Positions 39,801-52,494 of a stretch of DNA of 64,000 nucleotides are shown piece after piece. The DNA comes from Lama guanicoe. Lineage: Eukaryota. A model generated the notes under the pieces. That model did no database searches, was not told the DNA's origin, and saw nothing but the letters and a program-made list of their open reading frames with translations. A program made the translations under genes and the position numbers. Where the stretch lies: contig MU053881.1 in the NCBI GenBank assembly GCA_013239625.1, forward strand, positions 1,984,001 to 2,048,000, in the 5' to 3' direction. Position 1 is the first letter of the stretch. Every line of letters begins with the position of its first letter.

Positions 39801-42800
39801 AATCAAGACTGCTTCACCAGGCCTTCCCCCACCTCAGTGGGTCTTGGTCTCCGATTCCATGTCCATCTGTCCTTGAGAGCTGGCTGTCATCACCTTGCAG
39901 CTGCGCCCTCCAGAATCTGTGGAGTCTCCCAGAGCAGTGAGCTGTCGAGAACCGGGAAGGCCGACGTCACACTGTGTGCAGCAGGCCGTCATGCAGGTCC
40001 TAACCCTGTGTCCTCAGGGGCTGGGTCTCCTTACCTGCCTTCCTGGTGCCCAGACCTGGAACAGTGAATCTGAAAAATCAGTGATGCACAAGCCAGATCA
40101 CCCATGGTGGGACAGAGAACGTTTGGTTTTTATTTGAATTTTTTCTGATTATAGGAGTAATATGTTCAACATGGAAGACTCACACGTAGAAAATAAACAT
40201 TCCCCTCCCAGAGTCAGCCGTCAGTAACGTTGGCTCTTGTTTCTTTCATTTTTTTTCTTTCTCTACACATTTACTCGTTCCTTTCTTTTCCAAAAATGAG
40301 AACATAGCACTGATACTATTTTGCAACTTACCTGCCCTTTCTCAGTGTCTTTGACTTCTTGGTCTTGACGGTCTTGGATCTGCCTCATTCTGTTAAAAAG
40401 CTGCAGCAGCCAAACTGCCCCCCAGGAAATGGGAGCACCCGCAGTCCCCCAGGCCGTGGGGCCTTGTCTTCCTCTCCTTCCTTGTCTGCATTGCTGTTAA
40501 TGGTCTCTTTAAGAGTTGCCAATCCAAAAAGTCAGGAGTATCTGATGGGCCTTTGTTTGATTACCTGCTCACACCCCTGTCTGCAGACGTCCCCTCAGTG
40601 GCTTGTCATCCAAGTGTGTGTCGACACCATAGTTTTCACAAACAACTTCCTGGTAAGGAGGGCCAGGCCTGTCTCCTAGCTGTGAGCCGGGCCCAGCTCT
40701 GCACCTGGTGTTCCTGGCTGCTGGGAATCCGCTGCCTTCCCTCACATCCCATTAGCCCGAGGCCCTGGAGCTGACCCAGCCCCCAGCCCTGATGCTGCCG
40801 CCGCCCTGGGGCTGGGCTGAGCCTGCAGGAAGCAGGAGGTGTGCTGGCTGAGAGCTGGGGGTTTGGAGTCAGCCAGACCTGGGTTGAGTCCCTCAGTGCG
40901 GAAGGTTGGTTAGGAGGGAAGACAGTGGGGGTGGGAGGCCAGAAAGGAGTTGGTGCAGTTTGTGTTACAGGCCTGAATCCACGTGCGGTGTAGACAATAG
41001 ATGAGCTTCTGAGTCAGACAGTCCTGGGTGTGAACTGGGATCATCCACTTAACCTGCTGTGGACAAGTTGTTTTGTCTCTGAATGTGTTTTCTTTTTAGT
41101 AAAATATGTGACAAGTAGGGGTAGTGATCCTTCCACAAGCTCGCAGGGCAGGAGCGGTGGGGTTGGAGAGAAAACAGGGCTAACGGGTTTGGCTGGTGTT
41201 GGGGAAAGTGTGAGAAAGTGAGAACCCGCCCAGGAGAAGACTGGGGCGGGGGTGGGCGGAGTCTGGGCCTGGGCAGCCTTGGGACACTGTGTGGCCTTCC
41301 CCCCAACCTGGGAAGCCCAGCAGCTCCCTCCCTTCTTCCTGAAAACACTAGGGGGTCTGCTGGTCAGTGGCACTTCTGTCCCTGCTGCCTGGCCCTGTTC
41401 CGAGTGCCCTGTCTCCTTGGGGGCAGGGCCTGTGCTCTGAGCAGTCCTCTCTGCTCTCCCTCTAGCCTTGCTTCCTCAAGGACTGGGAGATGCACGTCCA
41501 CTTCAAAGTCCATGGTGCAGGGAAGAAGAATCTCCATGGAGACGGCATTGCCTTGTGGTACACCCGGGACCGCCTGGTGCCAGGTAGGGTGGTGCTCACG
41601 CACGTGGGGGCGCCTGCGGCCAAGGATCCTCCATCCTCCCCTCCTCCCCGCCGTTAGGGTGCTAGGGTGCTTCTGCTCCTCTTCGAGGAACCCTGGGCCC
41701 TGGGGACGGCTGAGGGGATGTCCCTTTAGAAGACAATCCTGCAGCTCAACTCTGTGCCCCCTTGTGGTCTGTGGTCTACACCAGCTAATGGTATTTTTAC
41801 CGTTTTAAAAAAGCAAAAACAAGGAAGACTGTGTGACAGAGACCATATGTGGCCCATGAAGCCTAAAATGTTTCCTCTCTGGCCTTGGACAGAAAGTTGG
41901 TGACCCCTAGGTTAGGGGGTGGTCCTTCCCTGCATGGCCCATTGCCACCTGCCACCTCGGAGCACATGGGCAGCTGCTGTTCCCTGATAGCTCAGGCTTC
42001 AAACTTGAGTCCTCTCTGAGACCGCCCCCCAGGCCCCACCCCACCCGCACTCCGAAAACCCTTCTCTCTTCTGGGAGAACCACCACGGATCAGCCTCTCT
42101 TGGCTCTACCCACCCTGGCATCACTTTGTCCTTCAGGTCCCCATGGGACAGCTCCAGTGTCTCCCATTACAGGAACATCTTCTAATTCCAGGGCCTGTGT
42201 TTGGAAGCAAAGACAACTTCCACGGCTTAGCCATCTTCCTGGACACGTACCCCAACGATGAGACCACGGAGGTAGGCGCCTGCTGCCCCGCAGAGCAGGG
42301 CAGGGCTTCTCCCTGGTCCCTGAAGGGCACCTCCAGGGATCGGGGGGGTGGTGGCCCTGGGCTCCCCGCGGGCCGGGCTGTCCACGGAGTAACCGGTGTC
42401 CTGTCTCAGCGCGTGTTCCCGTACATCTCGGTGATGGTGAACAACGGCTCCCTGTCCTACGACCACAGCAAGGACGGCCGCTGGACCGAGCTGGCGGGCT
42501 GCACGGCTGACTTCCGCAACCGCGGTCACGACACCTTCCTGGCTGTGCGCTACTCCCGGGGCCGCCTGACGGTGAGCAGGCGTGAGGGGCAGCTCTGCGG
42601 GGGCTCGGGGGGGCCGGCCTGGGCTGCGCTTGACCTGCTGGCCGGCCGCAGGTGATGACGGACCTGGAGGACAAGAACGAGTGGAAGAACTGCATCGACA
42701 TCACGGGCGTGCGCCTGCCCACCGGCTACTACTTCGGCGCCTCGGCTGGCACCGGTGACCTGTCGGGTGAGTGTGTGGGCTGAGCAGGGTGTCACGTCTC

Positions 42801-45800
42801 AGTCCCGACCTTCCCTGGTCTGTCAGGGTGTGTGACGCGGCTCATCCCCTTCCTCCTTGACCTTCCTTCACTTGGTTCCATACTCGCCTGGTTTTCTTCC
42901 CCCTACTTCCCATCTCCGTGAGCAGTCCCTTGGCCGTCTTCCCTCTCCATCATCTGGGAGCTAGGGGGCTTTGAATCTGGATGCAGTGGACCCCCAGATT
43001 TCCATCTCCAGACCCGTATCACCAACAGCATCTCTGCCCGGTGCCCAGCTGGCCTCTCAGCCGTCACATGCCCACAGCTGGAGACAGAAACGCACCTCTG
43101 TCCTTGTAGTTGCTCGGGTCCCAACACCTCGGTATCGGGAAGGGTACATCTCAGCGGCAGAGTGCCTGCTTAGTGTGCACAAGGTCCTGGGTTCAATCCC
43201 CAGTACCACCATTAAAAAAAAAAACTTGTGTCATTCCGGCCTCTGCTTTTTCTCTCACATGCTGCTTCCCATCCGTTGGTGGGTCCTGCTGGTTTTGTCC
43301 TCACCCTGCAGCAGACCACTTCTCACCCCTCCTTTACTGCCAGCAGGTCCAGGCCACTGTCCTCCATCCCTTGGGTGACTGCAGGAGTCTCCCAAGAGTC
43401 CCCTCCTTCCGCAGCAGCCCCAGTACAGCAGCAGAGCCAACCCATTAATGCTACTCCTTCCGCCTCACCCAGAGTCAGGGCCACCATCCGCCCCATCGGT
43501 GGTCTGCCAGGCCCTGTGTGCTGGCACCTCCCTGCCCTGCCCCTCCGACTCACTACGCCCTGCTCCCCGGTGACACTGCCGCCAGCCGCTCTCCAGACCC
43601 ACCCCTGCCCTCTTGCTTCAGGCCCCTGTGCTTGCATCTCACCCTCGGCTTCTCGAGGTCTTACTTAGATGTCACTTCCTCAGTGGGGCCTTCCCAGATT
43701 CCCTCATTTAAAGTTGCTCACACACCCAGTCCCTTGCACACTTACCATCACCTTTCCCAGCTTTATTTCTCCTCATGGCATTTAACCATCTTGGAGTCTG
43801 TCATGTAGCTTATTTCATTGTCTCTGTCCCTCTCACTGAATCATAAGCACAGTAGTGTCAGGGCTCTGTCTTGTCTGGCCCTCAGCAAGCGCTGTGAGCA
43901 TTGGGGTGCTGCCTGCCTGCACAGGCCTCGCTGGGCCACCAGACCTGGGTGGCACTTGATGGTGGCCCTTGGCCGTGGTCTTCGGTCCCTTCTCAGGGCC
44001 CTCAGAAGGCACCAGGCCCAGGGCCAGCTCCTGACACCCAGAGCTGGGAAACAACGTGGAGGACCAGACAGAGGGCTTGTTTGTTGTCAGGATAGATGTT
44101 TCCAGGGCCTGTGAGCCATCCAGGACCTTCCCCCTCACCTGGGAAGTGTCTGGGTCCACTTGGACCCCAGTGTCTATTGTTCGGGGGTTTTGTTTTTAAG
44201 TTTGTAATGTGGAAATCCCAGTTGTATGCACAGAAGAGGGGAGAATGGTGTGGTAGGCCCCTCGTTGCTGTTCCCTGGCGTCATTCATTACCAGCTTTTG
44301 GCCGGTCTTGTTCCATCTGTGGATCCACTGCAGCCCCTCCCCGGGTTACCTGGGATTCCATCTGACCGGGTTTCAGTGTGGGTCATGAGAAGGTTCTGGG
44401 AACAGAGCCAGGTCTGTGGCAGGTGGGCGTTCTCTAAGGCTGTTTGGAGAGGCCAGGAAGGGTGATGGCGGGGGCTGTGCATGTGGTGGTGTCTGGCCGT
44501 TAGTCACAGGCCGTGCACGTTGGCCTCCTCGCAGGCATCGCGTGGGGAAGGTCGCGTCGTGTGTTCTTAGGTAGGTAGCAGTCTCTCTCCCCTTTTACAC
44601 AACTGAGACCGTTGGGCATCCAGACGTTGAAGGGATCTCCTCCAGTTCCCACATCCAGGAAGCGCCGGAGCTCAGACGGGACCTGCAGTCTGACTCCAGC
44701 GTCCGTGCTTTTCCCGGCACTTCTGGGGGCTGCACACGCTGGGCCGTCAGGTACCGCTGGGCTCTGCCCTGCACGACCCGGCTGCCAGGTCTTTGCTCTT
44801 TAAGCTCTCCCTTTTCGGGGCCTTTCCTCAGATTCCTGTCAGTTAGCTGAGCTGATAGCTGGAGTCAGGCTGACCAGGACCCTCCTGTTGGCTCTGAGCT
44901 TCAACCTCCCTGTCTCAAAAACAGGCTGATCAGTTACCGTCAGTGTCAAGCAGAGGTTCCCTCCTGCCCGTGCTGATTGCACCGAGGCCTTTCCCAAGTC
45001 TCCTCAGCTACGGCCGCTGACGGTGTATCAGTACCCAGCTCTCAGCTGGCCGCCCAGTCTTGGGGTTGCATCCTGTACTTGGGTATCTGTGACGGGAACG
45101 TCTGACGGCTGCCTGCGCTTGGGAGGATCAGGTTCCTCAGCCGGCCTTAGAGCAGTGTGTAGGTCCTCATCTGGTCCTGTTTGCAAGGACACACCGTCTG
45201 CAGGCAGGACGCCCTCTGCCTTCTATGTGCTTTCTCACTTACGGGCCTCGATAACCTCGCAGGCTGGAGATTATCGCCCCCATTTACAAACTAAGCCGCA
45301 CAGAGGCCGCGGAGCGAGGGTCAGACCCAGTGAGCCTGATTGTGTAGCCTGCACTTTCCCTCTCCGCTCTGCCGCCTTCCAGGTTTTTACTGCAGAGCTC
45401 TGGAAATATTCCAGCCCCTGCCTGCTGGGGGCTGCTGGGTTCTCCCCAGGGGACCTGGCCACTTCGTGTGGTGGGGGCTGGGGGGCCGGGACCACGTGCC
45501 CTGAGTCGGCCCCAGGCCCCTTACGGGCTGACTCCGTTCTGCAGACAATCACGACATCATCTCCATGAAGCTGTTTCAGCTGATGGTGGAGCACACGCCC
45601 GATGAGGAGAGCATCGACTGGACCAAGATCGAGCCCAGCGTCAACTTCCTCAAGTCGCCCAAAGGTATGCGTGCCCGGGCCCTCCCGGCCGGGGCGTTGG
45701 CTGGCTTGGCCGAGTGCCTGCGGTCCCTCTGCCCTTCCCTGGTCCAGCTAGGCCCTCGGCTCAGCAAACCGGGCTCACGCGAAGGCGCAAGCACCTGGCG

Positions 45801-47031
45801 TCTGTGTCCCCTGCGCCTGGTGCTGGGATAGCGGCCAGCGAAGCCAGAGGGGCAGTTTGTTGGTGTGGGGGGTGGGGGGCACTCGGATTCCACGCCGCGT
45901 GCATGGCCTCAGTGAACGACTTCGAAGTAGGTCCTGCCGCTGCCGGGGGTGCTGATCCCTCAGGCTTCCTCAGCTAGAAGAGGTTAAAAAGGTGGGATGT
46001 GGCAAAATCCCAAGCCTGAGCTCTTCCCAGGGCTCTAATCAGCCGCCACTCTGTCCTCACAGAGCGAGGGTTCTCATGGGGGAGACGAGGCCCCTGTGTG
46101 TGGGGGAGTCGTCTACCCAGGAGCCCAAAGTCACATGTGTGGGCCTGGCGGGTGATGGAGCACGTGGAGCCCAACATTTTACTTGACAGCCCACGTTTTA
46201 AAAATTCAAGTTGCTTTTAAACGTTTTGGGGACCAAGCAAATCCTGCCGTAGACCACTGTTTTGCCACCTCTGGTTGAAGGCTTTCTGCTGCCGAGGACT
46301 TCCAGAGACATCTTGTGTTCAACCCACCAAGCAGCCCCACGTGGCTGGCCGGGCAGGGGTAACTCGTTTTCAGACTCACAGCCCACTGGGTAGAGAGGGT
46401 CAAAGCAGAAGGATGGAGGTTGGGGGCCGAGGGCCTGGGAGAGCCCCCTCAGAGCCACTAAATGCATCCAGGTGTGAGGGAGAGCCGCCTCCGGCCAGGG
46501 CCGTGTCTCTCAGGGACCTCAGACCCCTGCGCCAGAGCGAGGGTGGGCTTGTGAAGGCAGGTCCTGGGGCCACCTCAGGCAGACCCAGGCTTTCAGGGAG
46601 AGCCCAGGAGTCCAGTGTTCACCAGCTACTTACAGCAGAAGGTACCCCAGGCCTCAATCCCTGAGGGCCTCAATCCCTGAGGGCCTCAATCCCTGGGACC
46701 GAGGCCCCCAGGAGCTCATCCCTCTGCCCACGCCCCGGCGTCTCACTGGTGTGGTGTCGCAGGCCGCAGCATCGCCCTCAGGGTGGGTGTGGGGCCTCAC
46801 CAGGCCGCTGGCTCTCCCTGTCTCCGGGGAGCCCACCGGGCCTCTCATTCCCCCGTTTGTCCTCCCTCAGACAACGTGGACGACCCGACGGGGAACTTCC
46901 GCAGCGGGCCGCTGACCGGGTGGCGGGTGTTCCTGCTGCTGCTGTGCGCGCTTCTGGGCATCATCGTGTGCGCCGTGGTGGGCGCCGTGGTGTTCCAGAA
47001 GCGGCAGGAGCGGAACAAGCGTTTCTACTGA
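31697..47031 (+). CDS. LMAN2: Vesicular integral-membrane protein VIP36 (L-type lectin), 356 aa
   Basis: join(31697-31892,32061-32179,41466-41583,42192-42271,42410-42571,42652-42766,45545-45664,46871-47031) = 1071 nt, all GT-AG. Signal peptide, [35 protein letters not shown] helix, cytosolic tail ending KRFY. Confidence 0.98.
32061..32179 (+). CDS. LMAN2: LMAN2 exon 2 (119 nt)
   Basis: [16 protein letters not shown]...[10 protein letters not shown]. Confidence 0.96.
36799..36828 (+). repeat. (TG)15 microsatellite
   Basis: Perfect dinucleotide run. Confidence 0.9.
38472..38838 (-). pseudogene. RPL37A: RPL37A processed pseudogene in LMAN2 intron 2
   Basis: Intronless. [12 protein letters not shown]...[33 protein letters not shown] resembles eL43. 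Start decayed to GTG, zinc-binding Cys lost, 3' frameshift, short A-tail. TSD CACCTTCATTCTT at 38459-38471 and CACCTTCCTTCTT at 38839-38851. Confidence 0.93.
41466..41583 (+). CDS. LMAN2: LMAN2 exon 3 (118 nt)
   Basis: [39 protein letters not shown]. Confidence 0.96.
42192..42271 (+). CDS. LMAN2: LMAN2 exon 4 (80 nt)
   Basis: [27 protein letters not shown]. Confidence 0.96.
42410..42571 (+). CDS. LMAN2: LMAN2 exon 5 (162 nt)
   Basis: [23 protein letters not shown]...YSRGRLT. Confidence 0.96.
42652..42766 (+). CDS. LMAN2: LMAN2 exon 6 (115 nt)
   Basis: [38 protein letters not shown]. Confidence 0.96.
43137..43223 (+). mobile_element. tRNA-derived SINE, short form
   Basis: GGGAAGGGTACATCTCAGCGGCAGAG...GGTTCAATCCCCAGTACC followed by poly(A). 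Confidence 0.8.
45545..45664 (+). CDS. LMAN2: LMAN2 exon 7 (120 nt)
   Basis: [40 protein letters not shown]. Confidence 0.96.
46650..46695 (+). repeat. 16-bp tandem repeat, about 2.9 perfect copies
   Basis: GGCCTCAATCCCTGAG x2 plus GGCCTCAATCCCTG. Confidence 0.9.
46871..47031 (+). CDS. LMAN2: LMAN2 exon 8 coding part (TM helix and KRFY tail)
   Basis: [53 protein letters not shown]. Confidence 0.96.
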
Positions 47032-47530
47032 GCGGCCGGCGCTCGGCTCGGGGAAGGGCCCCGGCGCTGATGTGAACTGTTTTTTACTGGGATTGTAAAA
47101 GAAAAACCAGACGACCTTATTTCTTAACCATTTCAAAGAAATAATTAAAGTATTTTCATACATTTTGCTTCTTGCCCAGTGGGGACAGGCTGCAGGGCTG
47201 GGGAGTGAGGGGTTGACAGCCCCACAGCCAGGGGGGCGGAGGCCCTGGGTGGCTGCCGGCCCCTCTGGAGCAAGGGGTCTGTGCCCGGAGCTGGGCCGGG
47301 ACCCGGCAGGAGGCTGGTGAACACTGGAGGCCCCCAGCCCACACTGGGGTGGGCGCCTGAGGACACGAGCTGTGACTTTGTTCTGTGCTGTGAGCTGTGT
47401 GTGGCAGAAGAGGAGGCCGACTGGGGAGCCTGGGCCCCTTCCTGTTCATCCTCCAGCTCCTTCCCGAGGCGGACCCTCCATCGCGGCTGGGGGAGCAGTG
47501 AGGTGGGGCACAGAGTGTGACCGTTTGTTA

Positions 47531-47536
47531 AATAAA
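47531..47536 (+). terminator. LMAN2 distal polyadenylation signal
   Basis: AATAAA 500 nt after the stop codon. Confidence 0.75.
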
Positions 47537-49654
47537 GTGAAATAACCAACCTCAGCTGAGTGACTGTCCTCAGAGGCTTGCTTTCCTTCAGGTGACTCCC
47601 CGCCGGCCGTGCGTTCCAGCTCCTGGCCTGATCCCCTCAGGCCTGCGGCACAGCCCCGGGAGCAGGTGCTGTGGTCCCCATTTCCCAGCTGGAGAATCAC
47701 AGCTCTCGGAGGTCAAGCCTACCTCGCCCAGTGTCACACAGCGGGTGGCATCGTGGGGACAGGACCTGCCCTGCCCCCACGCGCTCCGCGTGGAGGGACC
47801 CCTGGGGAGGATGTGGATCTCACGTGGAGGGCTGACCTCCCCCCGGGGGAACTCTGGGGGCCCTGGGAGGGGCTGCGGCTGCAGGGGCAGGTTGGGGTCG
47901 GCAGTGGCACTCCCAGCGGGGCTGGTCTTGGGACTGGGTTCCCTCAAGCGTTGCAGTGATGCGTTGACGCGGCACCGGGACCCCGTCTTAAAGCAAAAGC
48001 AGCCCCTCACCTCCTGGTGCGGCGGGGCTTTCTGTAGCTGCCAGTGTCGGCTGGGTTCTCGCTGTAAAACTGTAGGAGATGGGGTGAGGCAGGAGGGCTT
48101 ACCGTCCCCTCGGTCTCCCCGGCTCGCTCCCTGGAGCGCTTCATCCATCTGCCCTTACCCGTCTCCCGTCCCTTGCGCCGTCTCCCATCACTCACGCCGT
48201 CCCCCGTGTGCGTCCAGGTTAGACGTGAAGGGACTGTTCACAGGCTCCTCTGGGCTGCGTTTCCCTCACGCGAGTCTGGGAGCCCGTTCATGAAGCCGTA
48301 AGAGCAATTAAGCATGATCCTCCTGACTGAAATACTTGATTGAGCACTTCCCTCGGAACAGTTTCTTTACTCAGAAAGTAGCTAACACAGTGCCTTCTAT
48401 GGGCCAAGTGTGGCTCCGAGCGGTTGACGTGGACTAACTCACTTCACTCCCCGCCACTTAACATGGATGCGAGGATCCCACTAGGGCAGGTGGCTCCCGC
48501 CTCCCGGCCCGTCTCCCTGGAGGGGAGCGCCGTGTCCATCGACATGCATGGCAAGGCCTGGAGTCTGGAACCCTCTGCGGCTGCAACAACCGTGCCATCA
48601 GCACCACACTCGCCGTACCTGGTTTCTCCTGAATCCCTGAACTGGGCAAGCCGGCATCCTGGGTTGAGTGGTTCTCACTCCTGGCTGCATGTTAAAGTCA
48701 CCTTGAGAATGAAAGTGATCCTGGCTCTTTCTCCAGTTTAAGAAGTCGGTGGGGCCAGGCAAGGGCAGTTTTAAAAGCACCCTCCTCTGAGCACCCGACC
48801 CTGGCCTGGGTGAGCATCCAGGCTTGAGAACCCGCCGGTGTTAGGCTGCTGATTTGAAGGCAGAGCCGAAAGTGCTCGTGCTGGTCTGTGCTTGGCCGTC
48901 AGGGTCTCGTTTGCGTCTCCTTCAGAGTTCACACCCCGAGGTGCTTCCCCAGAAGGTTACACAGTTACATGTGTTTATACCTGCCTTTTCGCACACATGG
49001 GATTGTGATGCCATAATCTGTGTTTTTGCCACGTGCATTTAAAAAGGGAGTTATTTCATCATGTCAGTTACATGTAAACCTGTGTCCCTGGACCTGCTGT
49101 ACCACATGAGGAATAAACCGTTGCCCACAGGCTTGCATCCCTCTCTGTCCCCTGTCCTGGACGTGCGCTTCTCCCGCCAGAGGTGACCGCTGCTGGTTCT
49201 GACTTCTTACGTGTTTCTGAGAAATTTTGCCATGAAAGTATCCCCAAATACATAGTGTTGCTTTGCACTTTTAAAAATCATAAACGGCACACAGGTGTGT
49301 TTCTCAGCATTTGACATTCAGCATGGTTTGCGAGTCTTCGAGCTACGTGTGGCTCGAGACGCGGCCTGGGTGGGCTCCACCTTCTCCATTCTCCACTGCT
49401 GTCACATAGGCTTTTGCTCTTGGATGGAGTGCTGCCCTAAACACCCGCGAGCAGCCTGCACGCACGAGTGTACGGGAGCTGCCGTTGTGACCCACGTGCG
49501 TTTCAGTTTTACTAGACGTCAGGGTGCTCTGTGAAGGGGGTCGTAGCCATTCTGCTCCTGCCTCACTGACTGCCAGCCCCTCTGCCCTCTTCTTAGCATT
49601 TGACGTCATCAGTACTTCATCTCTGATGGTCTAATGGGTGCAAAAGGTTTTCAT

Positions 49655-50222
49655 TTTTTATTTTTTATTTTTTAAATTGAAGTATTACAGTGTGTCGATT
49701 TCTGGTGTACAGCATAATGTTTCAGTCATACATATGCATGTGTGTATTCTTTTTCATATTTTGCATTAGAGGTTCAAGATATTGAATATAGTTTCGTGTG
49801 CTATATAGTATATAAACTTGTTTATTTTATATATAGTAGTTAGTATCTGCAAATCTCAAACTCCCAATTTATCCCTTCCCACCCCCTTTCCCTTTGGTAA
49901 CCATAATTTTGTTTTCTATGTCTGGGAGTCTGTTTCTGTTTTATAAATAAATTCATTTGTGTCTTTTTTTTTAAGATTCCCACGTATAAATAATGTGACG
50001 TGATATTTTTCTTTCTCTGTCTGGCTGGCTTCACTTAGTATGACAATCTCTAGGTCCATCCATGTTGTTGCGAATGGCATTATTTCACTCTTTTTTATGG
50101 CTGAGTAGTATTCCATTGTATAAAATGTACCACAGCTTCTTTATCCAGTCATCTGTCGATGGACATTTAGGTTGTTTCCATGTCTTGGCTATTGTAAACA
50201 GTGCTGCTGTGAACATTGGGGT
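49655..50222 (-). mobile_element. L1 3' end fragment
   Basis: Minus ORF MEYYSAIKKSEIMPFATTWMDLEIVILSE is the L1 ORF2 C-terminus; T-rich tail on the left. Confidence 0.85.
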
Positions 50223-51414
50223 TGATGGGTGCAAAAGCTTTAATTTGCGTTCCTCCACTAGTGAGTCAAGGATCTTTGTATCCTCAGAGATGCGTCTGTG
50301 TTTCCTCTGTGCTGGTTCTGTTTTCTCCCTTTCCTGTTCCTGCTGGCTGTGTAGGAGTTCCGGGTCCTCAGGTGGTGCGCTCTGCAGACGTTTCCCAGGA
50401 CGCTTATCTGTTTGCTTTTCTAGTGGTGTCTCCTGACATGCAGTCTACATTTTAATGTCATTTCCTAGTCTTTTCCAGAGATCTTTTCCCCTAAAAATTT
50501 AAAAAGTTTGCTTTTCTTTCCTTTTTTTGTTTTTTCTCTTTCTCAGTTGATTGACAATATTATTAGTGTCTGGTGTGCAGCGTAGTGATTCAGTTATACA
50601 CATATATATTCTTTTTCATATTCTTTATCATTATAGGTTATTATAAAATATTGAATATAGTTGCCTGTGCTAATAAGATTTTGCTTTTCAAATTTGGTAT
50701 TTAAGCTACGTGGAATGAATTCTGTGCAGGTGTGATGTAGGGATCTGGTGCACCTTCCCTCCCCCACGTCTGGCCAGTTGTCCCAGCACAATGACTGACT
50801 CGTTCATCGCTCCGCACGGGCCGCAGCACCGAGTCGGGCGCTCAGCCGCAGTGCAGCTCCAGCCTAACGAGACTGCCTGGCCTTCCTCTTCTGCGGCCGG
50901 GGGGCTCGGTGCTCAGCTAAACCTCCCGGCTCCTCCTCAGCCCTTGTGGCCCTGTGAGAGCTGTGCCTGATGCGGTGCTGGGGACAGTCTGCTGACGAGC
51001 TGCTCAGAAGCAGCAGAGAGTGCTGCTGTGGCCTGCAGGAATGTGGTGACCCCCAGAGACGCAGGGGCTCCCGCGACCCTGGGGCAGAAGCAAGCACCAG
51101 CCCTGAATTGCTAACCACTGGGCTTTTAGGTGAAAAAATAAATCCGTATTTGTTCAGACTGCTATGAGTCGTGTTTGTGGCTAAAAACAGCCCTGCCTTT
51201 TGTACCCCCTCCCCTGCCTTTCACGTCAAGGTTTCTAACAGGTTCAGGTCTGCTCTGGACTGAAGGTGACCTTCACACGCCCCTCGCTGTGCCACACAGT
51301 GTTTCAGGCACTGGGACACCACAGAGAGCAAAAGGGACAAAAATCTGCGCGCCCTGGAGCTCCCAGCCTCGTGGGGAGATCAAGGGAAACAAATAAACCA
51401 AACCCACGCTGTCA

Positions 51415-51870
51415 GTGCTTGCGTTCATCTCTTAGAGTTCCCATGACAAAGGACCGCCAGCTGGGTGGCTGTGAACAACAGCAGTGTGTTGTGTCCCAGT
51501 TCTGGAGACTGGGAATCTGAAATCAAGGAGTCTCAGGGCTGTGCTCCCCTGACGACCCTCTGGGAGAATCCTTCCTGGCCGCTTTTTAGCTTCTGGTGAC
51601 GCCGGCCATCCCTTGGCTTGTGGACACTCCAGCCTCTGACTCCGTCATTGCACAGCTGTCCTCACGCCATCTTCGGTCTGTCTCCAAATGTCCCTTGTTG
51701 ACAGACACCAGTCATAATGGATTAGCCACTCCCCCAAGACCCCATCTTACCCTGATTAGATCTGTGCAGACCCTGCTTCCAAATTAAGTCACAGCCTGAG
51801 GTACTGGGGATTAGGGCTTCCATGTGGCTTTTATTTTTTCTTTTTTTGGAGAACAGTTCACCCCTTAACA
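51415..51870. mobile_element. MaLR LTR (MLT1C-like)
   Basis: CCAGCTGGGTGGCTGTGAACAAC...CAGTTCTGGAGACTGGGAATCTGAAATCAAGG...TGAGGTACTGGGATTAGG. Confidence 0.65.
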
Positions 51871-52238
51871 GTGGTTAAGGAGGAAAAAACCTAAGGAAAG
51901 GGGATAAGAAGAGTCAGGTGGAAATGGAGAAAGACCTGTGACTTGGCTAACACCCGAAGGAAATGAGATGAAAATCCCTTAAGCCGTTCACTTAAGAGTT
52001 GTGTGTGTTTCCGTATGTAATATTTTGATAAATGTTAACTCTGAAATATATGCGTATCAAAAAGGCTGCTTTATTGTGAGAATCTCATGATCAGGATTTG
52101 GTGTTTCTTGATTTCTGTCAATAACACTGACATTGCACATGCGCTCTGAAGTAATGTTCCCCGTGGTTTTGTCATGTTTTGTTTGAATTTTAGTTCCATC
52201 GTGGACTCAAGGCTAATTAAAAAACTCAGCAACTCTTT

Positions 52239-52393
52239 TTTTAAAAATATTTTTTGAGGGTTTTTGTGTGTGTGTGTGTGTGAGGATTAGGTTTATTTAT
52301 TTATTTGTTTGTTTGTTTAATGGAGGTACTGGGGTTGAGCCCAGAACCTCATGCATGCTAAGATGTGCTCTGCCACTGAGCTATCCCTTCCCC
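52239..52393 (-). mobile_element. tRNA-derived SINE (vic-1-like)
   Basis: Family consensus; perfect 14-bp TSD CTCAGCAACTCTTT at 52225 and 52394. Confidence 0.85.
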
Positions 52394-52494
52394 CTCAGCA
52401 ACTCTTTAAGAAACTGCTGGTATGAGCTGGGTAGTAGGGATGCAGAGGTCCGCTTCCTGCCTTCATGAAGTGCAGCTTCCGGCTGAGAAGACAG

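Noticed and set aside
46650..46695. Palindromic direct repeats as a CRISPR-like array
   Set aside because: No spacers, only three adjacent units, located in a mammalian intron.
47588..48293. Overlapping 186-aa and 233-aa ORFs downstream of LMAN2
   Set aside because: Low-complexity P/G/R-rich translations with no recognisable homology or exon structure.
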